DNA of 64,000 bases from an uncultured Bacteroidaceae bacterium (GTDB taxonomy: Bacteria; Bacteroidota; Bacteroidia; Bacteroidales; SM23-62), in assembly GCA_964420035.1 (NCBI GenBank), contig CAYQQR010000011.1:728-64727 (forward strand). The letters are read 5' to 3'. The notes beneath the pieces were generated by a model. It searched no databases. It was not told the origin of the DNA and saw only the letters and a list, made by a program, of their open reading frames with translations. Positions 27,068 through 36,631 of the stretch are shown here, piece by piece; the first letter of the stretch is position 1; every line of letters starts with the position of its first letter. The translations under genes were made by a program, and so were the position numbers.

Positions 27068-28915
27068 ATGCCGGTTTCCATTTTGGGCATATCTGCATTT
27101 TATCACGACAGTGCCGCCTGTCTCCTGGCAGACGGCAAAGTGATCGCCGCGGCCCAGGAAGAACGGTTTACAAGGAAAAAGCATGATTCTTCATTCCCCG
27201 TCCATGCCATAGAATACGTAATGCAGGAAGGCGGAATGGAGATGAAGGACCTGGACAGGATCGCCTTTTATGATAAGCCTTACCTGAAGTTCGAAAGACT
27301 GCTGGAAACCTACCATGCCTTTGCACCGCGCGGACTCCCCAGCTTCCTGTCTGCCATCCCGGTATGGGTCAGGGAAAAGCTCTTCATGAAGAAGATGATC
27401 CGTGATGAATTGAAAAAACTGGGAAAACCTGTTCCGGATTTTGTATTCCCCGAGCATCATTGCTCTCATGCTGCCAGTGCATTCTATCCTTCTCCCTTTA
27501 AGGAAGCGGCCATCCTGACGCTTGACGGAGTGGGCGAATGGGCCACGACCACCATAGGAAAGGGCTATGACAGGAACATATCCATTTTAAGGGAACTCCG
27601 GTTCCCCCACTCCATCGGATTGCTTTACTCCGCTTTCACCTATTACACGGGGTTCCGGGTGAACAGTGGTGAGTACAAGCTCATGGGCCTGGCACCCTAT
27701 GGCAATCCTGAATCCGAACAAACCAGGAAATTCAGGGAGATCATCACCACCCAACTGGTTGATATACGGGAGGACGGTTCCATACTTTTGAACATGGACT
27801 ATTTCAAGTATGCCACAGGCTTGCGCATGGTCTACGATAGAAAATGGACCCGGTTATTCGGGATCCCCCCGCGTGAACCCGATTCCCTGATCGACCAGTC
27901 TTACATGAACATGGCCCTTGCAATTCAACAGGTCACCGAGGATATTGTCATGAAGCTGGCTGCAACGACCAGGGAACTCACCGGTTCGGATAATCTTGTC
28001 ATGGCCGGCGGGGTAGCCCTGAATTCGGTTGCCAACGGCAAGATCCTCAAATCGGGTTTGTTCAATGATCTTTGGATACAACCCGCGGCAGGAGATGCCG
28101 GGGGTTCCCTCGGGGCGGCCCTTGCCTACTGGCACATTGCCATGAAAAAGGAGCGGGTGATCCGGCATCCGGATTCCATGCAGGGAGCTTACCTGGGTCC
28201 GGCATACAACGACAGGGATTTCCTCAATCTCTTTTCCAGGTATTCCGCTGTGGCTGAGCATTATGAAGAGTTTGAGCCGCTTGCCGCATATGCTGCCCGG
28301 CTGATCGCGGAAGGAAATGTAGTGGGCTGGTTCCAGGGCCGTATGGAATTTGGTCCGAGGGCCCTGGGCAACCGGAGCATACTGGGAGATGCCCGGAATC
28401 CGGAGATGCAGAAAAAATTGAACCTCAAGATAAAATACCGTGAAGGGTTCAGGCCCTTTGCCCCTGTGGTTATGGAGGAACTTGCCCATGAGTATTTTGA
28501 ATTGTTGACGACCTCCCCTTACATGCTTCTGGTGGTTCCCCTTGTGGCATCACGGTGTGAGAAGCTTCCTGCCGGTTACCATAAATTACCGCTTTGGGAC
28601 AAACTCTACACCAGGCGGTCGGATATTCCGGCGGTTACACACATCGACTATTCCGCAAGGGTACAAACCGTTCACAAGGATACCAATCCCAGGTTCTGGA
28701 AGCTCCTGGATGCTTTCCGGGAAGAAAGCGGGCACGGGGTCATGATCAACACCAGTTTTAATGTTCGCGGGGAACCGATTGTACGTACCCCTGAGGAAGC
28801 TTACCGCTGCTTTATGACCACCGAGATGGACTACCTGGTACTGGGCAATTACATCCTTTCAAAAAAGGAACAAGCCAAACTGGAGTTTAAGCAAAGGGCT
28901 TTTGACAAGGATTAG
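27068..28915 (+). CDS. carbamoyltransferase (NodU/CmcH/SxtI family)
   Basis: 615 aa. ILGISAFYHDSAACLLADGKVIAAAQEERFTRKKHD is the canonical N-terminus of this family. Confidence 0.93.
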   Translation: MPVSILGISAFYHDSAACLLADGKVIAAAQEERFTRKKHDSSFPVHAIEYVMQEGGMEMKDLDRIAFYDKPYLKFERLLETYHAFAPRGLPSFLSAIPVWVREKLFMKKMIRDELKKLGKPVPDFVFPEHHCSHAASAFYPSPFKEAAILTLDGVGEWATTTIGKGYDRNISILRELRFPHSIGLLYSAFTYYTGFRVNSGEYKLMGLAPYGNPESEQTRKFREIITTQLVDIREDGSILLNMDYFKYATGLRMVYDRKWTRLFGIPPREPDSLIDQSYMNMALAIQQVTEDIVMKLAATTRELTGSDNLVMAGGVALNSVANGKILKSGLFNDLWIQPAAGDAGGSLGAALAYWHIAMKKERVIRHPDSMQGAYLGPAYNDRDFLNLFSRYSAVAEHYEEFEPLAAYAARLIAEGNVVGWFQGRMEFGPRALGNRSILGDARNPEMQKKLNLKIKYREGFRPFAPVVMEELAHEYFELLTTSPYMLLVVPLVASRCEKLPAGYHKLPLWDKLYTRRSDIPAVTHIDYSARVQTVHKDTNPRFWKLLDAFREESGHGVMINTSFNVRGEPIVRTPEEAYRCFMTTEMDYLVLGNYILSKKEQAKLEFKQRAFDKD

Positions 28916-30342
28916 CTTCCCTGCAGCAGAAACTGATGAATTTTTTCTGCTGTTTGCCTTCCCGAATGGATGGCCCTTACCACCAGGCTGGCACCGATCA
29001 CGGCATCGCCTGTCGCGAATATCTTGTCTTTACCGGTACGGAAGGTCGCATCCACAGCAATATTTTTACGTTTGTCCACCGGCAGTCCAAGTCTTTCGAT
29101 AAGGCCTTGCTGCACCGGATGGACGAATCCCATGGACAGGAGTACCAGGTTGGCCTTCAACTGGCTTTGTTCAGCAGCCCGCTCCTCCATTACAGGTCGT
29201 TCCAGTCCGTTTCTCCGCCAGTCGACCGGAACAATCTCTATGGCTTCCACCTTGTTTTGCCGGCCAAGGAATTTTTTTGTGGAAACGCTCCATAATCTCT
29301 GGCATCCTTCCTCATGTGAACTTGTTGTCTTCAATGTTTTTGGCTGGTGGGGCCATTCCGGATTGTGTTTCTCCCGTACTTCCAAAGGCTTAGGCATAAT
29401 CTCGATCTGGGTCACGGATCGAGCTCCCTGCCGGATGGCGGTCCCCACACAATCGGAACCCGTATCACCGCCTCCTATAACTACTACCTGCTTGTCTTTT
29501 GCGTTGATCTGGTATTCATACGGAACGGTCATGCCCCGGTTGATCTTGTTTTGCTGGCGCAGATAATCCATGGCAAAATGTATCCCCTCCATATTACGGC
29601 CGGGAACATTCAGGTCCCGCGGCTCTTCAGCACCAATGGCCACGCATATGGCATCGTATTCCCTGATTAGCTGTTCGGGATCGATATCGGTCCCGACAGC
29701 CGCGTTTAATTTTATTTCCAGACCCTCTTCGTACAACACTTTCAGGCGCCTGTCGATGGTTATCTTATTCAGTTTGAAATCAGGGATCCCGTACCGGAGC
29801 AAACCACCGGCAGCATCCTCCTTTTCATAGATATGAACCCGGTGACCCCATTTATTCAGCAGGTCGGCACAGGCCAGTCCGGCCGGACCGGAACCGATAA
29901 GGGCAACTTTCTTCCCGCTTCTTTCCCCGGGGGGTTCGGGTTTAATATATCCTTCCCGGAAGGCCCGTTCGACAATGGCCGCCTCGTTCTCGCGGATGGT
30001 GACCGGTGCCTCGTGGAGGGCCAGCACACAGGACGATTCGCAGGGGGCCGGGCAGATACGACCGGTAAACTCCGGGAAATTGTTGGTTGCATGCAGCAGG
30101 TCAATGGCTTTTTTCCATTCCCCCTGGTACAAGAGTTCGTTCCACTCCGGAATGATGTTTTCAACGGGGCAACCCCAATGGCAAAAAGGAATACCACAGT
30201 CCATACAACGCGCGGCCTGCATCCGCCGGTCCTCTGTATTTAAGGTTTGCTCCACTTCCCCGTAATCGTATATCCGCTCCTGAAGAGGCCGGTTACCTGC
30301 CTCCTTTCTCGGTATCTTCATAAAACCTCTCGGATCCCCCAT
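28912..30342 (-). CDS. gltD: glutamate synthase (NADPH) small subunit
   Basis: CMDCGIPFCH Fe-S motif and GSGPAGLACA dinucleotide fold. I chose the start at MGDPRGFMKIPRKE (30342). The listed extension MGVGVGV... is a translation of the ACACCC repeat. Confidence 0.93.
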   Translation of the reverse strand: MGDPRGFMKIPRKEAGNRPLQERIYDYGEVEQTLNTEDRRMQAARCMDCGIPFCHWGCPVENIIPEWNELLYQGEWKKAIDLLHATNNFPEFTGRICPAPCESSCVLALHEAPVTIRENEAAIVERAFREGYIKPEPPGERSGKKVALIGSGPAGLACADLLNKWGHRVHIYEKEDAAGGLLRYGIPDFKLNKITIDRRLKVLYEEGLEIKLNAAVGTDIDPEQLIREYDAICVAIGAEEPRDLNVPGRNMEGIHFAMDYLRQQNKINRGMTVPYEYQINAKDKQVVVIGGGDTGSDCVGTAIRQGARSVTQIEIMPKPLEVREKHNPEWPHQPKTLKTTSSHEEGCQRLWSVSTKKFLGRQNKVEAIEIVPVDWRRNGLERPVMEERAAEQSQLKANLVLLSMGFVHPVQQGLIERLGLPVDKRKNIAVDATFRTGKDKIFATGDAVIGASLVVRAIHSGRQTAEKIHQFLLQGS

Positions 30343-30394
30343 GGTAGTCGCTGTTATTGATGGATAAAAGTGGTTATTAATTGTTAGATAATTC

Positions 30395-30412
30395 ACACCC
30401 ACACCCACACCC
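30395..30412. repeat. short tandem repeat ACACCC x3 (degenerate copies continue to about 30425)
   Basis: Read directly. Lies in the gltB-gltD spacer. Confidence 0.85.
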
Positions 30413-30430
30413 ACTCCTCACACCCTCATT

Positions 30431-30478
30431 CTGAATCCTGAATCCCTGCCTGCCGGCAGGCAGGCTGAATCCTGAATT
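30431..30478. repeat. composite element: (CTGAATC)x2 - palindrome copy D (30445-30464, perfect CCTGCCTGCCGGCAGGCAGG) - (CTGAATC, CTGAATT)
   Basis: Read directly. 14 + 20 + 14 nt, ending 2 nt before the gltB stop codon (30481-30483). Confidence 0.9.
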
Positions 30479-30480
30479 AA

Positions 30481-33400
30481 TCATTCCCCCTGCATCTCCA
30501 CGTCGGTTTCGATCTCGTTGATCTTATGTTTAAGGGCCTCCAGTTTTTGTTCTTCCAACACTTTTTTATACTCGTATGGGATCACCTTAATGAACCGGGA
30601 AAGATACTGATCCCATTCATTGAGTATCTTTCCGGCTTTGGGACTGTGGGTCAGGTCATAATGTTTTTGAATGAGTTCCTTCAGCTCGCGTATATCGTTC
30701 AAATCCTCAACAAGGGAAAGTTCCACCATGCCCATATTGCAATAGTAATCGAAATTACCTTTCTCGTTCAATACATACGCGATCCCGCCGCTCATGCCCG
30801 CGGCAAAATTACGTCCCGTGGTTCCCAATACCACCGTGCGGCCCCCGGTCATGTACTCGCAGCAATGGTCGCCGACTCCCTCCACAACGGCAATGGCACC
30901 TGAATTCCTTACGCAGAAACGCTCACCGGCCATTCCGTTCACGTAGAGTTCCCCGGATGTAGCTCCATAAAGCACGGTATTGCCGATAATGATGTTCTGG
31001 TCGGGAACGAAGGCTGAACCTTCAGGGGGCACCACCGTGACCTTACCCCCGGACAGTCCTTTTCCAAGGTAGTCGTTGCTGTCTCCTTCAAGCCTGAAAC
31101 TGACCCCCCGTGCCAGGAAGGCTCCGAAACTCTGTCCGGCCGATCCCCTGAACCTGACATTAATGCTTTCCTCAGGTATACCGGTATTCCCGTATTTCAG
31201 TGCTATTTGCCCCGAAAGCATGGCCCCGGTGGCCCGGTCGGTATTTTTTATATCGTATTCCAGTTCGACTTTCTCTTTATTATCGATTGCCGGCCGGGAC
31301 TGCCGGATCATTTCCCGGTCCAGTATCTTGTCCATATGCGTTTGAGAAGCGGGCATATAATGCAATGGATAGTTTTGGGCTTCCCCGGGAACATAGAGCA
31401 GGGATCCCAGGTCCAGCATTTTCGCTTTAGGATGTTCCCCGGGCATTTTGACTTCGAGCCGGTCGGCACGACCCACCAGCTCGTCAAATTCCCTGAAACC
31501 CAGCCCGGCCATCCATTCCCTTGTCTCCTCTGCAACAAACCGCATGTAACATACCAGGTACCCGGCTTTTCCGGCAAATCGCCTGCGCAGGTCCGGATCC
31601 TGGGTGGCCACCCCTGCCGGGCAGGTATTCAGGTGACATTTACGCATCATGAGGCAACCAAGGGTGATCAGTGCAGCCGTGGCGAAGCCAAATTCCTCGG
31701 CGCCCAGCAAGCCGGAGATGATGACGTCCAGACCGGTCTTCATCTGTCCGTCGGCCTGAAGGATCACATTTTTCCGGAGATTGTTCATCACCAGGGTTTG
31801 CTGGGTTTCCGATAAACCGATCTCCAGGGGCAGGCCGGCATGTTTGATGGAAGAGGCCGGACTGGCCCCGGTGCCTCCTTCCGATCCGCTTATGATAATA
31901 ATGTCGGCTCCGGCCTTAGCAACCCCGGCTGCAATGGTCCCGACCCCGCTGGCTGAGACCAGCTTAACGCTGACCCGGGCCTTTGGGTTAACGTTTTTAA
32001 GGTCGAAGATCAGCTGGGCAAGATCTTCTATGGAATAAATATCGTGATGGGGCGGTGGAGAGATCAGGGTAATGCCCGGCATGGAATAGCGTGTACGGGC
32101 AATGATATGATCCACCTTGTGACCGGGTAACTGGCCCCCTTCACCGGGCTTCGCCCCCTGTGCGATCTTGATCTGTATTTCATCTGCATTGACCAGGTAT
32201 TCGGCAGTCACCCCGAACCTGCCGGATGCGATTTGCTTTATGGCACTCCGGCTGCTTGCCCCGTCTTCACGCACCCTGAAACGTTCCGGATCTTCCCCGC
32301 CTTCTCCGGTATTGCTCCGGCCCCCGATACGGTTCATAGCAATGGCCAGCGCTTCATGGGCTTCCCTGCTGATGGAACCGTAGGACATGGCCCCGGTTAC
32401 AAAACGGCGAACAATTTTACCGGCGGGTTCAACCTCCTCCAGGGGTACCGGATCCTTTTTGGGGTATAACATGCCCCTGAAGAAAGCGGGACCGCGGGTG
32501 TGGGCATTGACCGAATCACTGAATTTCTTGTAAAGCTTGTAATCCTCTTTTCTTACGGCCCATTGCAGATCGGCGATCGATTCCGGGTTCCAGGAATGCT
32601 TTTCTCCCTGCAGACGATATTGATATACCCCGGGATTGGGCAATACCTTTGCTCTCTGATCCCTTCCAAATGCTTGTTCGTGGAATGACAGGGCGTCTGC
32701 AGCCAGCTCACTCAGACCGATCCCCCCTATCCGGGAAACGGTCCCTTCAAAATATTTTGAGATCAGCTGTTGATCCAGTCCGACCGCCTCAAATATCTGG
32801 GCAGTGCGATAGGAACGCAGCGTGGATATCCCCATCTTGGAAAGGATCTTTAAAAGACCTTTGTTGATGGCTTCGACATAGTTTTCTTCGGCACGGCGAT
32901 AATCGAGCTGTAAGACCTTTTCCTTGATCATTTTATCGATGACGGCAAAAGCCATGTAAGGATTGATCACACTGGCCCCGTATCCGAATAAAAGCGCGAA
33001 GTGATGTACCTCCCTGGCCTCACCGGTCTCCACAACGATATCGATCTGCATTCTTTTCCGGACATTGATCAGGTGATGGTGTACCGCCGATACGGCCAGG
33101 AGTACCGGAATGGGTGCCCGTTCTTCATCTGCTCCCCGGTCGGACAGAATAATGTAATTTTTTCCTTCATCCACAGCTTTTTCCGCGTCTTTACAGAGTT
33201 TATCCACCGCCGAACCAAGCAGGTCCCCCGTTGCATCAGCCGTAAAGAGCATAGGCAGAACCACCGTCGAAAAACCTTTATAGCTGAGCTTTTTGATAAC
33301 CTGGAAATAGGAATTGGACACCACCGGACTTTTCAGTTTGATCATCTTGCAATGATCCGGACGATCGTCAAGGAGATTCTGCTGAAAAGAACCGATGTAC

Positions 33401-35013
33401 CCGGTAAGGCTCATGACCAGCTCTTCGCGGATGGGATCGATGGCCGGGTTGGTTACCTGGGCAAAGTGCTGCCTGAAATAATTGAAAAACAACTGGGGCT
33501 TGCGTGACAATACGGCCGGGGGAGCGTCATTCCCCATGGATCCGAGGGGTTCCTTGGCTTTGGAAGCCATGGGCTTGATGATGAGTTCAATATCCTCCCT
33601 GGTGTAACCATATAATCTCAACCTGTTCAGATAAGAAGGACCCACATCCACCGGGCTTTGAACCCCCACTTCAATGTCTTCCAGGTTGACCATGTTCTGG
33701 CTTATCCATTCCTGGTAAGGATGTTGTTCCGCCAGGATTCGCTTCAGCTCATCGTCCCGGAGTATCTTGCCCTCCAGTGTATCGAAAAGAAGCATCTTGC
33801 CCGGCCGGAGCCGGCCCTTTTCAACGATCTGATCCGGTGGAAAAACCTGCACCCCGGTTTCTGATCCCATTACGACATGGCCATCCTCGGTTACCAGGTA
33901 CCGGGAGGGCCTCAGGCCGTTCCGATCCAGGGTGCCCCCGATATACCGCCCATCAGTGAATATAAGGGAGGCCGGTCCGTCCCAGGGTTCCATGAAAGTG
34001 CTGTGATAAGCATAAAAAGCCCTGAGGTCATCCGATATCGGATTCTTATGGTTCCAGGATTCGGGGATAAGCATGGCAATGGCATGGGGCAGTGTCTTGC
34101 CGGTCATGAGCATAAATTCCAAAACATTGTCCAGGGACGCGGAATCGGACTTATCCGGCTCGATCACCGGATATAACTTCTCCAGATCATCACCCAGGAA
34201 GTGAGATCGTAACAAAGATTCCCGGGCCTTCATCCAGAAGCGGTTCCCCTTGATGGTGTTGATCTCCCCGTTGTGCGCAAGGAACCTGAATGGTTGTGCC
34301 AAATCCCAGGAAGGAAAGGTATTGGTACTGAAGCGGGAATGAATGAGGGCAATGGCAGATTTCATCCGGGCATCCTTGAGATCCAGGAAATATTCGCCTA
34401 GCTGCGGCGAAGTCAGCATGCCCTTGTAAACCAATACGCGGGCAGATAAACTGGGAATATAAAAACAATGCCGTCCCTCTATGTTGCTGGCACGAATCTC
34501 ATTTTCGGTCCGTTTCCTCACAATATAGAGCTTTCGTTCCAGCTCCATGGTCTCATCATCCGAAGCCAGTAACACCTGTATGATAAGGGGCTCCGACTTT
34601 CGGGAGATATCCCCTAAAACATCAGGGTTAACGGGTACCTCCCTATAGCCTAATTTTTCAATGCCTTCTTCGCGAATAATTCTTTCCATGACCGCCAGAC
34701 AAGCATCGGAGGCCTTTTTGTCCCTGGGTAAGAATATCAATCCCGTACCAAACTTTCCCTCCGGAGGTAAGTTGTATCCCTGGATCAAATAAAAATCCCT
34801 GGGAACCTGTATCATGATCCCCGCCCCGTCACCGGTTTTTTTATCCGACCCCTCCGCGCCCCGGTGGGTCATGTTGATCAAAACCTCCAGTCCCTTGCCA
34901 ATGATGTCGTGGGACTTCCTGCCATTCAAATGCGCGACAAAGCCAATTCCACAATTGTCCCGTTCAAACTCCTGACGGTATAAACCCTGATTCTGTGGAC
35001 GATACTTTCCCAT
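30481..35013 (-). CDS. gltB: glutamate synthase large subunit
   Basis: 1510 aa. It has the N-terminal Ntn-amidotransferase motif RDNCGIGFVAH, and the FMN and GXGXG domains are recognisable throughout. Confidence 0.97.
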   Translation of the reverse strand: MGKYRPQNQGLYRQEFERDNCGIGFVAHLNGRKSHDIIGKGLEVLINMTHRGAEGSDKKTGDGAGIMIQVPRDFYLIQGYNLPPEGKFGTGLIFLPRDKKASDACLAVMERIIREEGIEKLGYREVPVNPDVLGDISRKSEPLIIQVLLASDDETMELERKLYIVRKRTENEIRASNIEGRHCFYIPSLSARVLVYKGMLTSPQLGEYFLDLKDARMKSAIALIHSRFSTNTFPSWDLAQPFRFLAHNGEINTIKGNRFWMKARESLLRSHFLGDDLEKLYPVIEPDKSDSASLDNVLEFMLMTGKTLPHAIAMLIPESWNHKNPISDDLRAFYAYHSTFMEPWDGPASLIFTDGRYIGGTLDRNGLRPSRYLVTEDGHVVMGSETGVQVFPPDQIVEKGRLRPGKMLLFDTLEGKILRDDELKRILAEQHPYQEWISQNMVNLEDIEVGVQSPVDVGPSYLNRLRLYGYTREDIELIIKPMASKAKEPLGSMGNDAPPAVLSRKPQLFFNYFRQHFAQVTNPAIDPIREELVMSLTGYIGSFQQNLLDDRPDHCKMIKLKSPVVSNSYFQVIKKLSYKGFSTVVLPMLFTADATGDLLGSAVDKLCKDAEKAVDEGKNYIILSDRGADEERAPIPVLLAVSAVHHHLINVRKRMQIDIVVETGEAREVHHFALLFGYGASVINPYMAFAVIDKMIKEKVLQLDYRRAEENYVEAINKGLLKILSKMGISTLRSYRTAQIFEAVGLDQQLISKYFEGTVSRIGGIGLSELAADALSFHEQAFGRDQRAKVLPNPGVYQYRLQGEKHSWNPESIADLQWAVRKEDYKLYKKFSDSVNAHTRGPAFFRGMLYPKKDPVPLEEVEPAGKIVRRFVTGAMSYGSISREAHEALAIAMNRIGGRSNTGEGGEDPERFRVREDGASSRSAIKQIASGRFGVTAEYLVNADEIQIKIAQGAKPGEGGQLPGHKVDHIIARTRYSMPGITLISPPPHHDIYSIEDLAQLIFDLKNVNPKARVSVKLVSASGVGTIAAGVAKAGADIIIISGSEGGTGASPASSIKHAGLPLEIGLSETQQTLVMNNLRKNVILQADGQMKTGLDVIISGLLGAEEFGFATAALITLGCLMMRKCHLNTCPAGVATQDPDLRRRFAGKAGYLVCYMRFVAEETREWMAGLGFREFDELVGRADRLEVKMPGEHPKAKMLDLGSLLYVPGEAQNYPLHYMPASQTHMDKILDREMIRQSRPAIDNKEKVELEYDIKNTDRATGAMLSGQIALKYGNTGIPEESINVRFRGSAGQSFGAFLARGVSFRLEGDSNDYLGKGLSGGKVTVVPPEGSAFVPDQNIIIGNTVLYGATSGELYVNGMAGERFCVRNSGAIAVVEGVGDHCCEYMTGGRTVVLGTTGRNFAAGMSGGIAYVLNEKGNFDYYCNMGMVELSLVEDLNDIRELKELIQKHYDLTHSPKAGKILNEWDQYLSRFIKVIPYEYKKVLEEQKLEALKHKINEIETDVEMQGE

Positions 35014-35034
35014 TGATCTTTCCCTATTTGATAT

Positions 35035-35065
35035 AAAAAAGCCGCTCTCATAATTTGAGAACGGC
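35035..35065 (-). terminator. intrinsic-terminator-like hairpin + U6 inside the gltB leader, 21 nt upstream of the ATG
   Basis: The minus-strand RNA reads GCCGUUCUCA-aauua-UGAGAGCGGC-UUUUUU. That is a 10-bp stem with one G.U pair. On the plus strand the same position would be an A/C mismatch. Confidence 0.5.
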
Positions 35066-35168
35066 GCCTTTTCCTAAACAGTCATACCATTCTCATGGGT
35101 CCCCGAAACCTGTTAACTTCCTCTCATCAAACATATAGGTCAGTGTACACATGCCTAAAAAATTATCA

Positions 35169-35176
35169 CAAATATA
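35169..35176 (-). promoter_or_regulatory. candidate -7 box for gltB (TATATTTG on the minus strand)
   Basis: CAAATATA on the plus strand. It would give a leader of about 145-150 nt. Confidence 0.3.
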
Positions 35177-35352
35177 AGACCTTTGGTTATAAATCAAAAG
35201 TTAAGTTGTTAATTTGTTAATAAAATATCAGGATGATAATCGACTCGGGTGCATGCTCAATAGCTGCTGGCGGCTGGCAGCTTGTAGCTGGCGGCCAGGT
35301 ACCAGAGGCCAGCAACAAGGACTCAGCAAAGAAAAAATCTAATTAGAGGAAC

Positions 35353-36537
35353 CTATTCCGAATGATAGTAGGTATTCCTCCACAGGTACACCGGTCCGGT
35401 GTCCCAGTTGTAGCTGCTGGTGATATCCAGGTCACCGTCATTATCAATATCACCCAGGGCGGCCTTATAGACCGGCAGGGTATCGATGACGGTACGGGCC
35501 CAGTTAAGCCCGGACTCATTGAGGTTGGTAAATAAGAGTAATTCAGGATTTTCGCTCCGGTTCAACGTTCCGGCTATGATATCGATATCGCCGTCCAGGT
35601 CGATATCTGCAGCCTGCAAGCTATGGCAATAATCAACCACCCCAACTTCATGTTTTTCCCAGCGGGTGATGCCGCCCATGGGATTGTCGGATTCATACCA
35701 CGCGATGGAAAAACCTGTCTTTTCGGGATGGGAAAAGACCACATCGTTCTTTTCATCATTATTGATGTCGCTGACAACGACCATTACGCTGAAATCCTGC
35801 CATCCTCCGGTGTAGTCTGTAAACCAAAGCGTATCAATGTCGTACCGTTTCCATGATTCCCGTTGCGGTTTGCCGGGATTGTGCAGCCAGAATCCGTTCA
35901 GGACCACGTCATCATAACCATCCATATCCAGGTCGCCTAGAGCCATGCCCTCCCGTTCCGGGGTAACCATTTTGGTGATGGACCAACCCGAAACACTATC
36001 CTGGTATAAGACAGAAGTAAAATGTTTGGTACGGACCACGACATCGGATCTGCCGTTATGGTCCATGTCATGCACCTCAATATTCTTTACTTCGCTGGAT
36101 TTCTCAATTTCGGCAAGAAAAAATTCGGACCAGCTTGAATTTTCCGGATCACCCGGGTTTTTGTACCACCAGACCTGTGCACTGTTATCATTTCCCCGGC
36201 TGGTAACGATATCCAGGGCCCCGTCGCCGTCAATGTCGGCAATAACCACCGCATCACCGAAAAAATTCGCGGAATCCCTTATGATCACTTTACGCCAGTC
36301 GGGATAGAGGTATAATACAAGTTGACCGTCGCTGATCTTACCCCGGTCGCTTCCCCACTGGTGCAATACAACATCATTATAACCATCGCCGTTGAGGTCC
36401 CCGATAGCAGTCCGGCCCTTACCGTTCCGGTCCAGCATGCCCCGGGAAAAATCAAGGGCATGATCCGCCTGCTTGCAGAAATACAGGACCCCTGCAAGCA
36501 GTAAATAGGATATGACAACGATATACTTTCTCATCAC
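35353..36537 (-). CDS. secreted FG-GAP/VCBS-repeat beta-propeller protein
   Basis: 394 aa with seven Ca-binding-type repeats: DLNGDGYNDVV, DIDGDGALDIV, DMDHNGRSDVV, DLDMDGYDDVV, DINNDEKNDVV, DIDLDGDIDII, DIDNDGDLDIT. Confidence 0.85.
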   Translation of the reverse strand: MMRKYIVVISYLLLAGVLYFCKQADHALDFSRGMLDRNGKGRTAIGDLNGDGYNDVVLHQWGSDRGKISDGQLVLYLYPDWRKVIIRDSANFFGDAVVIADIDGDGALDIVTSRGNDNSAQVWWYKNPGDPENSSWSEFFLAEIEKSSEVKNIEVHDMDHNGRSDVVVRTKHFTSVLYQDSVSGWSITKMVTPEREGMALGDLDMDGYDDVVLNGFWLHNPGKPQRESWKRYDIDTLWFTDYTGGWQDFSVMVVVSDINNDEKNDVVFSHPEKTGFSIAWYESDNPMGGITRWEKHEVGVVDYCHSLQAADIDLDGDIDIIAGTLNRSENPELLLFTNLNESGLNWARTVIDTLPVYKAALGDIDNDGDLDITSSYNWDTGPVYLWRNTYYHSE

Positions 36538-36631
36538 AAGCTTTTAACGGACTATTTTATCAAATATAAAGCAAATATAGTATTGAGCATGTAATTTCTT
36601 CCAAATATACTACTGCTGGAAATAAACGGAT

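Noticed and set aside
30343-30414. N-terminal extension of gltD (MGVGVGVNYLTINN...)
   Set aside because: It is encoded by the ACACCC repeat and spacer. The conserved GltD N-terminus begins at MGDPRGFMKIPRKE (30342).
35066-35160. Identity of the gltB leader with the known glutamine (glnA-type) riboswitch
   Set aside because: There is only a short GGAAGU-like string. I cannot reproduce the three-stem consensus by eye, so I make no claim beyond the alternative helices.
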